Below, one piece after another: positions 22,496 to 35,270 of a stretch of 64,000 bases of DNA; positions within the stretch are counted from its first letter, which is position 1; every line of letters begins with the position of its first letter. Under the pieces are notes generated by a model. The model did not search any database. It was not told where the DNA came from and worked only from the letters and a program-made list of their open reading frames with translations. This DNA comes from Raillietiella orientalis. Lineage: Eukaryota. The stretch is taken from positions 3,224,001 through 3,288,000 of the forward strand of contig JAYWIR010000017.1 of the NCBI GenBank assembly GCA_036172245.1, written 5' to 3'. Made by a program: the position numbers and the translations under genes.

Positions 22496-25433
22496 ATCCT
22501 ATTTTTCTGCTTCCCAGATCGCAAATCGGTCAAGTCAAGATCGTATGCGGTTTTAAGATTCGTTCTCGAACACGAATGAATTGCATGTGTGCTTTTTAGC
22601 TAGAAGCACTGGTGGACCTTCTAGCTAGAAGCGTGGAAAAGCACGTTCACCTTATTTTCAGGCGCCAGGTAATCAGGTTCTGCGAATTTTGCTCGAAGAC
22701 GATTGGACGACCTTTTATTTTAAACGGCATTTATTTAAGGTGCACATCAACTTTGCCATCCAGTTACTGATGCAGCTGGTTGTGTCAGCGCTGAATCGAG
22801 ACTGAAATGTTTAGATGCAAAAATACCGTCCTCTCTTGATCGAAGGAATAAGTGGAATAATGATGGAAGATATGAAAAGTCAGGTAAATGATATGAAAAG
22901 CTTCGAATTTCTTCGGAAGGAGTTGACGATTAGGAAACTGCAGGGCAGAGCTGAGAAAACGGAAAAATCGCTTGAAAAGATGGATCAGTGGATGATCCTA
23001 TCGTGAATCTCATCGGAAATTAACTGTGCTGGCAAATGCTTTCGGCTGATCGATGCTAAGTGCATTGACGTAATCGTTATCGAAACGAACAGTTGTGTTA
23101 TTTTGATTGATTGATGTCAGCACTTATTAATTTACGAGTGGTTAAATACTATTCGTGAACTATTTCTTTGAAGCTGCGCACATCCATCTGATGCTTAAAA
23201 GTTTTCGCCGCAGAATAATTCGCACGAGCAAAATGTTATTCCGAATGGGAAGCACAACTTAAATGATGCTGATCAATGATGAATCGAGAGCATCATTCGT
23301 TCTTTGTTGGTTCATTACGGGAAAGGTGAATTCTTGGAGTGAACATTAAGGAACTTTTGTCCCTGCGAACCGTTTAAGAGCTACTAAGCGCCAGGGTGGC
23401 ACACAAAGTGGACGTACAAACCACAACTCCTCCCAGGAAATTTCTTTTTTTGGCCCTGAAGCAGCGGAAGAGCAAGAAAATGCGAGAGTTTTTCTGATTC
23501 ACGTGTTATGGAGCCACAGATTCTTTGACACTCATCAAAGGATTATGAAATTCTGAAAGGCAAAATATCCGGGCATTTCCGGGTGACTTACTCCCAGGTT
23601 TGAATTTCCTGAGACCCATGAGCTTTCGTTAAAAGCCAGGAACTGAAGATGATTTGGCTAAAAAAGCAGAGAAAAGCAGTTTCAAAACTTTTCATGGAGG
23701 CAGAGACTTCTCAAATTATTAACCGCACAGAAATGTCACGTACAGCTGCAGGCTTGACAAAGTCCTGAATTTCAGGACACAGGATTTCAACCTCAGCCAT
23801 ATATTGCATTTGAGAACACCGAATGCACGGCTTTTGTGCCATTGAAAACTGCGAGTCCCTTTGTCGATTAAGATATTCCTATTAACCAAAAGTCGAAGAG
23901 GCAATTCTGACATCCTTTTTCTTTTTCTTTTGCCTTGGGGCTACCAAAAGATGAAATAATCGAATTCTCGACCACTTTGTGGTTTGTCGCTGGCTCACTG
24001 AGGACGCCTGCAGCCGGAATCGTTTTACTCACCCAATCGATCATTTCCGAATGAACCAGAAAACAACAGCCGGCAGCAGCGGAAAAAAGCAAAGCAAAAA
24101 CAAAAAAACGAAAAAACATGCAAATTCTGTCTTAAGGACGTGCTTTTATTTCTTGAGTTCCGTCGAATACTGGAAGAGGGAATAACCGAAAGCTGAGCGA
24201 TGGTATCCTTCAAATATTTCTTTTAGAGGTCGTAAACAACTCCCTACGTGAAAGGTGTGATTATTCGAATCATTAATTTCTATTGGAAAGAGCAGAGGAT
24301 AGGGCGAACGTCATGACGAATCTCCCAATGACTTGAGGTCACAGAAATAATTAAAGCGAGATGGAATGAAAGCATTTTCAACCTGCTAATTGGAGGCCCC
24401 AGAACACTCGGGAGTCAATGAATTGGTATAAAAAGCCGGAATAGCTGGGGATTTCCTGGATGCAGTTCAGTATCCAGGAAAGTGATGTGATGAGTGGTGT
24501 GGGGAGTAAAATGGTTTACGATAAACATCAAATTATTGTATCAGAAGGCAAGTGGACCAGACGAACTCCTGGAAATTCCTTCTTCTTGTGGATTTCAAAA
24601 CGGCTGACAATTGCTGAGGTCAGACATCCTCTCAACTTGTTTAGCTTTAAACCCAATACATTTAGGCACACCATCTTTAATTAACGCGTTCTTGTAGTGA
24701 TTCTTCTTCCAGAAAAACGTGATGGAATCATTTCAGATTTCGAAAGCACCAAAAAGCTTCAATCCAGATGCCACGTTTGATTTTTTTTTTTTCTTCTTCT
24801 TCTTCTTCTACCACATGGATTCAACAACTCATAAATTCATTTTCCTCCACACCCTGTTTCAGACGCCACTTTGTTTTGGACGAAACGAACTATGAAGACG
24901 AGCCTGGATCACGCCAAATCACTTAGAATGGATTGTCCGAATCATCGTCATTTGAAATGGTTCATTGGGCCATTCCGGCCTGTTGCTTTTGACCCACTCC
25001 GTTTCTCGGCTCAAATCAGCGCAGTAAATGCCCTTGTCGGTGGTCATTACACTTGACCTTCTGAAAATGGTGAACCATGGTTCACTCTTGTCGTTTTCGG
25101 TATGCCCCACTCAGATGAGATTAAGGAACGTCGAGGGGAAAGCAAAAGCAAACATTCAAATCGATGGACGTTTCTCAATTTTTTTAAAACGTTGCTGCGC
25201 CTCTCTGAAACTTTTTGTCTTAAATTCGCAGAAATTCGGTGCGTTCTCGAAGGAAATGCGTGCGTGAAATGCATTCTTGCTTTAAGATTCCCAGTTTTTT
25301 ATTTCATTTATTTATTTATTTATTTTTTACAACAGCTCATTTTGAAATCGCATGCTTGAAAAGGCAAAACTCTTTCATTTAGCCGCCGTTCTCCGGAAGG
25401 AAACGACACTCAGAGGTTTCGCTAGGGACAAGA

Positions 25434-25649
25434 TTAACAAGAACAGTATTTTAGTGGCCATACCTCCTCTTTTTCAATCGCGCTTCCTAATATTCCTGTG
25501 TCCCGGCTACCGGAATCGGGACTCTGTTCGTGCGGTACCTCTTCGAGTTCCTCATCCTGTAGCTGCTCAAACAAACGTTCATCCGTTAAAAATTCTGGCT
25601 GTGGGTTCGTCGCCATACCAGGAGGATAGTAATATCCAGCGTTCAAATC
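25434..25649 (-). CDS. RSPH3: RSPH3 putative acidic C-terminal exon
   Basis: ccctag acceptor in phase 0, DLNAGYYYPPG...QDEELEEV. It either reads to the stop at 25434 or splices at gtatgg (25463) over a 42-nt intron to RNL* (25421-25410). Confidence 0.45.
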   Translation of the reverse strand, partial: DLNAGYYYPPGMATNPQPEFLTDERLFEQLQDEELEEVPHEQSPDSGSRDTGILGSAIEKEEVWPLKYCSC

Positions 25650-26892
25650 CTAGGGACATCAAGCAACCTGACGGATGTACGCAAGCAATGCATGTACGTG
25701 TACTTCCTAATCGGTTCGCACCCGAAAGTTGTGCCTCGAGCGAGAAAGATTCGGTTGGCCGCGCCAGCAGTGGTCACCCCGACAGCGAAAACCACAAACG
25801 GTAACACAAAATATTGCACCACCTCTCCTCGTCAAACCGCTCTCGATTTTCTTTTTTCGCACAGTGGGAAGGTTACGCGGGAATGCCGCTGTCCCGCCCG
25901 CCATACGTCCAGGGAGCAAACGAACTTTCGGTTCCCCTCAGGAAATTCGCCGAGATCTGCTCCAAGATGCAGCTGATCCTCGGGTTCATACGTGCCACTC
26001 GAACATCGTCATCCTACATCAGTGCAACTCGTACGGAACTTGCATTCCATCTGCTTACTATTTACGATGCAGTCATCGTACACAGTCGCAAACGTAAATG
26101 CTGACACGCTCTGCCGCAGGCGGTAAGCGATCTGAACGGAAACTTAAAGAGCGCGACTATCCACCTCTGTTTTTCTTCTTCGACCACGTGTCCAACAAGA
26201 GGGTCATTTGAAATTTGAAACTTTTGAATAGCCGGTCGCCTCGCTTTTGTTCTCATTCCATTTGGTTTTTTCAGAGGTCAGCGCAACTCGCCAAGATGCA
26301 CCCTCATCGCCTTTTTTTTTTGTCTTCATTTTTTTCTTTTCGCAGCGAATGCGTGAGAGGAAGCGAAAAGGACACCTAGAGGATCACCCATTTCGGTGCT
26401 TTATTTTTTTTTCCCTTCTGCATTCACGTAGTGAGCGGGGGGAAGCATCAGAAATGCATCGGAGGATGCTTGCGTTTTTGTGGCGCTACTCAGATGGCGC
26501 TCTGCTGATGAAGACGTACGCGCTGTTTCTCCATCTTCGCCTTTTTCTGTTTCTTTTTGTTCTTTTCCTTTTCTTCGACTACGGTTACTTTCCCGCAACG
26601 TTTCCATATTTCGATAAGCGAGAAGGCACAAATTTGGAAAAGAGAGAAATGCGATCCCTGAATGTGAGCATATTTGCACAAAGCTACGGAGGCGGAAGCT
26701 GTAACGTATGTTTTAAATGAAAGACATGAATGGCGTATCAAGTCAAAGAGTAAATCTTTTTGCAATGAGATTCTACTTGGATACGGATGATGTCGAACAG
26801 AGCAAAAAAGTCTTGGGTGACGCTGAAAATCCTTCTTTTATTGTAGAAAGCCATTTCGAACCTACGGGACGGAATCACGGGAAAACACTCAC

Positions 26893-27059
26893 CCAGTCGG
26901 GGACGTAGGGACTCGGAGTTACGGATTCATCTTCGTGGTGGTCAGCACTAAGGTGGTCTGCTTGATTGGGCGAAAAAAGAAACGACTCGTCAAAGGTGTT
27001 TTCCTTTCGTATTTCTTTATATTGGTACAGACGGTCTGGGCAAGCATCACGTATTATGG
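26893..27059 (-). CDS. RSPH3: RSPH3 exon 7
   Basis: AIIRDACPDRLYQYKE...YVPDW, matching the IIRExxxxRL end of the RSP3 domain; tcttag acceptor, gtgagt donor, phases consistent. Confidence 0.7.
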
Positions 27060-27128
27060 CTAAGATAGGATTGTCAGTGGCTTAGGAAATCTAGGGGGGC
27101 AAGCAGTTGTATGAGTTTAGATCACTAC

Positions 27129-27215
27129 CATCTACTAGTCGATGTATTGCAACGTGCTGCTGCAATTCGTGCGTCACGTCGTTAAGCAAACTGGGGAACA
27201 TTTCTTGCCGTAGTT
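27129..27215 (-). CDS. RSPH3: RSPH3 exon 6
   Basis: ELRQEMFPSLLNDVTHELQQHVAIHRLVD, matching the RSP3 FxPWLxxEV region; ttttcag acceptor, phase 1/1. Confidence 0.8.
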
Positions 27216-27262
27216 CTGAAAACCGACCATTGCAGTCAGTCTCCCGAACCATTCCCACTTAC

Positions 27263-27629
27263 CCTTTTCGACTGGATCGTAGAAATATCCTGCCTGCTGG
27301 AGGTTGCTGAAGACGGTCGGTATCAAATCGGAAACGTATTCATGCGCAAAGGTCTGAGCTGCGATTCTTCGTGCTGTTTCTTCTTGCAGCTGCTCCATTT
27401 CCGAATTTTGCTTTATACGTTTTTCCTTTTCTTGTCTGATCCTCCTTTCGTGCTCCTCAAGTCTTTTGGTTTCCAAACGCTCGATGTTGCGCAGCTCTTC
27501 GAATCGTCGTTGCTGGCGGCGCAGCATGGATAATTCTTCTTCTTGAAGAACTTCTAAAAGACTCTGTTCTATGGTCTTTCCTATCAAAACATCGATGATG
27601 GGCTGCACTTCGACATCGAAATTCCAAAG
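27263..27629 (-). CDS. RSPH3: RSPH3 exon 5 (AKAP-type amphipathic helix and coiled coil)
   Basis: LWNFDVEVQPIIDVLIGKTIEQSLLEVLQEEEL...GYFYDPVEK; follows a 45-nt intron containing an in-frame TAA; gtaagt donor, phase 1. Confidence 0.95.
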
Positions 27630-27674
27630 CTTCGAGGAAGTCATTATCTCGTGTTCTTATTCTAATGTTCTTAC

Positions 27675-27803
27675 ATCGTTTTCCAAGATCTGAGTGGAAG
27701 CGTCCGTGCCTATTTTTGCTGGAATGAACAAAGGTGTTGGGGGCCTGTCGAGAAACGGATCCGTCTGACAAAAAACATCGACTTCTTCTATTTTGCCAGT
27801 TAT
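27675..27803 (-). CDS. RSPH3: RSPH3 exon 4
   Basis: ITGKIEEVDVFCQTDPFLDRPPTPLFIPAKIGTDASTQILEND (CQTDxFLDRPPTPLFIPAK motif); tttgcag acceptor, gtaaga donor, phase 0/0. Confidence 0.95.
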
Positions 27804-28849
27804 CTGCAAATAAGCTTGTTAGTTTAGTAAGACACGTGTTTGTAGATGATTCACAACGCTTGTGTTTCAAGGACAATTCGCACTGAAAATGAATTTATTG
27901 TGTGATTTAAGAGGGCTCTGATGAAGGGCAGTGCTTCACGAGAACACTTCGTATTATGGCTGCGTGCTTCGATAAGTTTCGCCAGCAGGGACATTTCCCC
28001 TTTTTCGTCAAAAATTCAGATCCTTTATTTAGATCCCCGATCATTTCGAGGCAAATACATGTTTGTTTGTTTTTTTTTTTTTTTCCATTCTGCGTAAGCA
28101 TTCACATACCGTTGTAGATGAAATGTGCATAAGAGTTTCCGATTTATCAAAGGTAATACTATTTGGCGATTCACCCGTTTGAACTCGGTGCCAAGTGTTT
28201 AGCAAGTTTTTACAAGTCTTCAATGGATTAAGAAATTGGTACAGCAGTATTGAGTGCCATCGTGTGCAAGCTAGCTCAAAACTTCATTCGTGTGCCACTT
28301 ACGAAAACTCTGCTTTTCTTTTTTTTGTTGTTGCCGTCGTTGAAAAGTCAGCATCAGCACGAAGATGGCATAGATATTTATGAAACACAACTAAGGACAA
28401 GACTTGGCCCTTATCCTTGACGCTGCGGAATCTTCGCGCGATGGAATTTCGATATTTACCTACACCGGTGATGCACATATCAGCCTATGAGAGATGCGAC
28501 TAATGTGAATGAATGTTTTTAATCCTACAGTTGAAAGAAGAGCCTTGCATCTCGTACGGCTGCCTTGGTGACGGAAATCAAAGCCGGCTGCAGGTAAACG
28601 TGTTCTTTGGGTTCTCGAAAATTTCCGAAAACACGGTAGAATGTAAATGAATATCTCCCAGAACCATGATGAAGATAAGCATTTTACATTCCAATTCACC
28701 TATTTAAAGTTACAGTCATTCTTTACGGATCATTATGGACTGGATAGAAGGATTAGCAGTAATGAACCTCAGGCTCTGATAGAAGACGGAGCTCTTATTT
28801 TGCTATTAACCAAAGGTGCGCACTCATTTGAGCCTTTGATTATAGAAAT

Positions 28850-29900
28850 TTTCTTTTTACAAGTCATGCTTTTATGATGAAACCAGACCAAAGCACAAAA
28901 GAATAATATGGACGGAGGCAAAAAATGGATTGCAGCTGCAAATGAATCTACAAGCAAATATGGAAAACAGAGGAGCATTTTTGTACGAGGGCAAATCGAG
29001 ATGTAGATGTAGCGGTGTGATTTCTCGAGCAGGCAAAGCACTGCAGCTTGCCTGCTAAATCCCTAAAGTCCCTTGCCTACAGTGCAGAGATCACGAGTCT
29101 TTTATTGTGCCTTTCAACTTGCCTACACGCTAAAGACCACCTTTCGGATGGCACCGATGCATACCTGCAAGTATCAGTACGATTTTTGCAAGTTGAAGGA
29201 TCACCACAGAGGAGGTTCGTAGGAATTGATTGAGGTAGTATGGGCGGAAACAAAAAACTTCTTTAGAAATGGAGTTATGAGCGATTTCAAATGCAGATCG
29301 TTCGGAATTGGCTCCATGATCAAGAGCAACGGGACTGTTGCAGTTTGCTGCAGCTGCCTCGAAGCTCGACATTTATCCTTCATGGACCTGCACATTCTGT
29401 TATTCACAACTGCGATACAGTGTTTGCAAGTAAGATGGGTGCGAAGAATATGGCTGAAACGTGAACGCGCCTGCAAGAGACATTTGAAACCGTCCAGGAA
29501 TGCCCAAAGAGGCATTTCCAAAGGGTAGCAAAAACTACTCCACACAGAAATGGGATGACACCACTTGAACTGCCGGAAACTCGCCCAGACTCAAGAGTCG
29601 GCCAACTGCCCAGAGGTAAACGCATGCTGGCCTCTAGGGTTCCGATGAGCCTGCATTAGCTGAATTTCATCCGAAAGAAGAGGAAGATATGAAAAAATAT
29701 GGTAAGAAAGGTCGCGGTGCTTGACACGGCGGAGTGCTTCGGGACGAGCTGAGGCCAGCGATTCGATCCGAAGGGAGAAAAAGGGGAGCCGGAAAATGCT
29801 GCGGCATCCCACGAGCCACTTCCCAGCACAGACTCAGACTCTAGCAAAATTACCGCTTGCGATGTTGCAACATTCGGCGTGTAGCCCTGATTCGTCACCA
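28850..29900 (-). mobile_element. Possible RNase H-bearing LINE remnant in the RSPH3 intron
   Basis: Weak SSFEAAA..ALDH..HNSIS and ILAGMHRCHPKG resemblance to RNase H motifs (SVFQAE..SDS, WxxxHxGIxGNE). Confidence 0.25.
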
Positions 29901-30500
29901 TGAGATCGTTTCTGTTTGGAACCGTGGAGCATCTTTTAAGAGAACACTTTCCAGGGGAAAAGATTTTTGTTTTTTAATAGACAAGAAAAAGATGTCTCTT
30001 TTTTTTTTTAGGGATTGGAAAAGTTGACGAGGGGATGGACCAGTAACTATGCAAATGTTTTTTTTTTTTTCTTTTTTTTAACCTGATTATGGTTTGTACT
30101 AAAAGAGTATGTGTCTTGTGGAAAAGTCTTGTTTGCATTTATCCTTGTGCATGCGATTGCAAGAACGGGATAATCAATAGCGCTGTCAACATGAAGAGCG
30201 AAAAAAAAAAAAAAATGTTTCGATTTCAAGTCGGTTTCTTCATTCATTTTTACTTGATCTTCACACATTCAACTTTAGGCTGAATTTCAACAACAAAATC
30301 AAATCCGGACTTAAGGGAGAAAAGCAACTCTTCGGTGTTTTTCAGAATTGGACAACCGGGTGCTTAAAGATTCGAAATAACATTCTAAATAATTTAGCCA
30401 CGAATACTTGGATGAAGCCGAGGCAAAGGGTGCGTGAAACCTGAAAAGATGAAACGATGAAAAAAAAGATATAAAACAGTCACTAGATTAAGAAGAAAAA

Positions 30501-30526
30501 ACACACACACACACACACACACACAC
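30501..30526. repeat. (AC)13 microsatellite
   Basis: Direct reading. Confidence 0.95.
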
Positions 30527-31925
30527 TCAAAAACAATGTCGGTCTGCAAAGTTAAGCATCTTGCATGCCATCTTCAAGTGGGAGCTCTCCAATCCGTTTC
30601 GAAACACAGCATGACCGACACCATCTCGAGTGAGTCAGAATCGATTAGATGCTTGTGATAGACAAGTAGGTCATTCAAAAACATAAAAGGCGCAGTTTGC
30701 TAGTGACGGGAGGGGAAGGGCTGGTGGTGGGGGTAAGGGAGGGGGGGGGACGAATCCGAATGTTCAAAATTGAAATTACCGCGAGGTAATCAGCTCCACA
30801 TGTTACCGGAGAAGAGCGGTCGCATTTCGAAAAAAACACTGATGATAGATCGGAAAAATTCCTCAAGAATAATCGATAGGTTTAAACATTCTGAGCTCCT
30901 AGAAGGACAGGAAGTAAGCAGAAACAGAGATCATTCATTGCAAAGGGTACTCAAAGCCCGTAACAGGAGATTCAGAAGTACGTGAAATATTGGAAAATAG
31001 GTGAAACGGCAGCTTGTGGCGATGAAGACATCAGCACTAAGCATCAGGAAAGCTTGGCAGTGACAGTGTATCGGTGAAAATCAATACTGTTGATGGAAGA
31101 GGACGTGCTTAATGGAACCGTCAGGTACGAAAAAAATCCCTGGAACTTATAAGTGAGATGATTTGAAATCCACTGCGCAAACAGAATGTAAGCTGAGGTG
31201 AAAAAGACCGTCACAGTAAAATCCTGGCAATCGGGAAGAGCTAAGCTTCCAAGATGGACGGGAAGGAATCGAGAAAAACCATTGAGAACTCAGAGAGAAA
31301 CAAAAAAAAAACAAAAACAAAAATCATCAGATAGGGATGCTGTAGCTGATTGGTAATGTGTGCGTCAGTTTCATGAAATATCACTTTGAGAGATCATAAC
31401 TACTTTAGGGATTTTAGGCAGCCCTATCGCAAATCTCATTTGACTGTAGCTAAGAATCTTTCCTTGGGCTGGGGAGGAGTCCGTCTTAAATCTGGCAATG
31501 TGCTCTGGGTTGCCATCATTAAGGCTTTTTCTTAAACCTAACGATCAAACGGACAGACAGTACTGTTGGCAATCAATAAAAGATTAAATTGTAGCATACG
31601 ACAGTTTCAAACGATGAAGTGTGTGTGCATTGTGTGTGCTGTACTCAAGCAGGAAAGTTTGAGCACTGCAGAAAAATTGCTTCGGTCCTTTTTCCCCCGC
31701 ATTCCCAACGTCGCGTCGAGGAAGGGGGGCGGGGGAGAGAAAAAGAGAAGAAGAAGAAGAAAAAAAGTGGCGTCAACACATGTTCCGACGGGATTTGAGA
31801 CAAATTCAGCCTCCTTGGTGACGTGCGTGATTCCAATGCTAGTGCAGCGATTGTGATGAGAGTCTGGGTGAGGAGGAGGAGGTGGGCGGCTACATCTGGG
31901 ATGGCGTTCCGGGGGCAACACTCAC

Positions 31926-32084
31926 TTCCTCCAGGTACAGTTCCGTCTGTACCGGTCTGTGCTCCCGGCCATCTAGCGGCGGAGGCGTGTACCGCTTCCC
32001 ATCGTCCTCCTGCTTCGGCTTCGCTCGTCCCCTCTCTTCCTGCTTTTTCTGCTTTTCTTGAAACACATTATCGTAAAGCTGACC
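31926..32084 (-). CDS. RSPH3: RSPH3 exon 3
   Basis: GQLYDNVFQEKQ...YTPPPLDGREHRPVQTELYLEE (RSP3 TPxPVxGRxHxxVQTELYLEE motif); gtgagt donor; acceptor at 32084 (GAG) or in frame at 32078 (CAG). Confidence 0.9.
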
Positions 32085-32308
32085 CTCAAATGAAAAAAAA
32101 AAAAAACAGGGATATAGAATGAATTTGCATTTTAGAATTCCCACAGAAATGATTTTCAATGCTGCAACAGAGGGGGAGGGGAGGGGGGGGGGAGGAAAAA
32201 AAAAAAAAATACATCAGTGCATTAGCCTTAATATACATTAGCCTTTTCTTCAAGCAAATTTATTTTTTAAGAGAAAAATAATAATAAGAGAAATGATTTT
32301 CAACCTAC

Positions 32309-32399
32309 TACTGTTAAGGTAGTTCTCTGTGAGTAAGTATTCCCCCTGAACACTCTAGGGTCATACATTATATTTCCAAATTTGTGCGTGTTATTAGCT
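32309..32399 (-). CDS. RSPH3: RSPH3 exon 2
   Basis: Encodes ANNTHKFGNIMYDPRVFRGNTYSQRTTLTV, matching the RSP3 GNIMYDxRVxRGNTY motif; ttcag acceptor, gtaggt donor. Confidence 0.9.
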
Positions 32400-32791
32400 C
32401 TGAAATCCATAAAGAAATTAATGACATTTTTCCTTGGAAACTCTTTTTTTGGGGGATTGCATCTTTCAACAGCTACTTTATAAATGGGGACACTCAAGCC
32501 TTCGATACCACAGAGTTAAAGAAGGGATATCCGGAAAAGGAACACGGGCGGCATGCAGGAAAGGGAGCTCTTTAATGCAGAATATTCTCAAACAGATTTG
32601 CTCACGATGAAAATCGAAAGGCCGTTATGTGAGGTAAATCCACATTTCAAGGTCGCCCAAGAAAATCGGGCATTCAATCTAATTCTACAATTTCCGTATC
32701 GTGGAGTGATTAATGCAAACGCATTCCTTTAGGCGATTCTTTTTCTTTCTCTTTTTTTTTTTTTACTGATGAGAAACTCTCACATCTTCAC

Positions 32792-33600
32792 CTGTTAAAA
32801 GAGGAATTTTCACACGTCCGTAGCCTCGTGTACCCATTTTTCTCCGTACTCATTAATCGATCATTATCAAGGGCATCCCTGCTTTTCTCTAAGGAATCCT
32901 CAGACAAAACACTGATCAGGCCACCACCGGAGTCACTTTTGTTAGCTTTCGAATAGAATCTTCTGAAGCTGGAAGGATCACAGTGGCTCTTCATGCGTTC
33001 AGTCAGGTAAGCTTGGTGCAGATTCTTTGTTTCCGCGGCGGTTTTCAGCTTTCTTTTCGACAGACTTGCTTTGATCCCGTACTTGTTGACGCAGCCACTG
33101 GGTTCTTCATTTAAACAGGAGGAATGGAAAGTGCTGCCCACCTTCGGGATCGGATCCTGAGCCTTGGCTTGCATCTTGTTTGATGCAGACGACGACGTCC
33201 TTGTTGAATTTATGGTGGGAAATGTGATGCTTGATCTGGAGCGTCTCTTGATGCACGCGCTGGTGGGGATTCTGTTCACTTGAAATTTGGTCACGTGGTT
33301 CAGTTGCTGGGCCTCGTTTATGGTCAGGATCGACTGACTGAAAACATTGGGCTTCGGATGCTTTTTCGCGGCAAGCAGCTTCGGAACGCTGCGAAGTTTG
33401 TACAGATCGGTCCTGAGAGGAGAGAAGCTGTTGCAATGGAAATCACTGTTGCAATCGTTCGAAGGCAACATATCCGAGCAACTCAGAGAAGCTAGTTTAT
33501 GATACTTCCAACCTTGGTACGATGTTGATGAGTAGCGCTTGTTTGTCAGATCCCTTTTCAGCAGTTCGAACTGATCAGTCTGCTTCACGATGCTCAACAT
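32792..33600 (-). CDS. RSPH3: RSPH3 putative first coding exon (~270 aa Ser/Lys-rich N-terminal extension)
   Basis: Long open frame (ORF 32788..33624; first ATG at 33600) ending AAC AG|GTGA, a phase-2 donor that matches the phase-2 acceptor of the next exon (AG+A=Arg). The start site is uncertain; an upstream acceptor (tgcag) is possible. Confidence 0.6.
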
Positions 33601-34803
33601 CACAGCTGCACATAACCATCCCAACTCTTACTCTTCTTCCCAACCGAAACAAGGCAGCCTCGCTTCCTGAACACAGAATCAATTTTTTCGGGAGGAGGAA
33701 GCAAATGAATCATTACTGCTGCAGACCGCGCTTACACACTATAAACAACTGGAATTACCTTGATGCATGACTAATGGCGAATATAAAGGTTTCGCGCACG
33801 CGTACTCGAGGATGGCCATGTCAAAGAGCAGCGAGGCGGTCTTTGTTTGCGCTGAAATCCAGGATCGCATTCTTTTCGCTGATAACAACATAAAATTGTT
33901 CGTTTGTTCATTTTCCTTTCTTTCTTTCTTCTCTCCCTCTCCCTCTTACAACAAAGTTTCCACCTCGTGCCAGAGTTTTAGTCCCAGGTTTATTGATTTC
34001 CAAAGCAAACTGTTTTGTTTGGGAAGCTTTGCTTTCGGAATTTCGAGGTTTGCTTTGCTTTTTTTCCCAGCTTTATCTTCTTAAAATTCGTGGCAAAGGC
34101 TTCCCTCAAGGGATCGCGTCCTGGAGATATCCCACGAAAAAATCGGAATGAGGAATTTTCACCATGAGGCAGGGGTCCTCCGCAGTGGGTTGTGCCCATT
34201 TCACCCGAACCCTGCGCAAGCTGGGACAACAGGAATGGTCCAGCAGTGGTCCTCTTAAGAAAACTGACACTCAGCGACGGAAACGCTTGAAACAAGTCGC
34301 CCGGAAAATTTTTGCCAATTCAAACAAGAACGAAAATCAAGCTGAACCGGTTGTAATAATAATATACACACACTAATTAAATGCAGGGGGTGATAGGTTG
34401 CTGAAGAGATAATAGATCTCTTGCATAACCTATACTGAGCCAAAAAGAAAAAAAAACAAACAAGAGAAACCCTGATCAGTACCTGTTTTCAGTATTGGAG
34501 TTTTTTCCAGTCTTGAACGCTGCAATTTAGCTGCCTTTTAATGCAACTAACCTTAGCTTTAACGTTTGAGGAATTTGCTAAGCAGGAGAAAAAAAAGCCA
34601 AAGAAAACCCGCAATACCCAGTTATCCATACTCTATTTGAAAATTTGGCCTTGGGCTCTCTATGACTCTCTATTTCAACCATGAGTATCCGTTGCATCTA
34701 CTAAGGAACTCTACAGCTGCTGAAATTCTCACAGAGACTCTTCTCAACATTACTGGATTTGACAATTATATTGTATGGACAAGTATGCTCAAATATTTTT
34801 CCA

Positions 34804-35270
34804 TTATCTATAATCCTCAAGCAGTGCTTGTGGAAAAACATCTATCGATGTTGTTTTCCATAAAAGTCTCTCTTCTTCTCCATTCATGATTAAAGAATGC
34901 TCAAAATGTTTCCTAGTTCATATAATTCATCCAAACTCTCAAATTAAACAACACAAGGCAAGAAATGATAAAAAAACATTACTCATAACAGGTGCCTATT
35001 TTTTTTTTTTGTCATTGCTAAAGCTTATTTAAGCGTTTGCAATACTTGCTTTTCTGGGAATGTATGCTAACGAACTTGGTTTCAAGGTAGCATCTTGAAA
35101 TCTTAATTAAATACATGGGTACCTGACAACATCCCTATTTTTTAGGCGAAAACGACTTTGAATTTGTTCAAGTAAAGCTTTCCTGGATCTGCTCGAGTAT
35201 TTTGAATCAAAAGTGTGTCTTGCACGCTCGGAGTTGGTCTTTGACTCATATTTATCGGAACTCATTTCTC
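34804..35270 (-). CDS. Putative last two exons of an unidentified gene or pseudogene (35123-35270, 34804-34912)
   Basis: Phase-compatible GT-AG splicing gives GEMSSDKYESK...RDVVRKHFEHSLIMNGEEERLLWKTTSIDVFPQALLEDYR*; no recognised homology. Confidence 0.3.
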
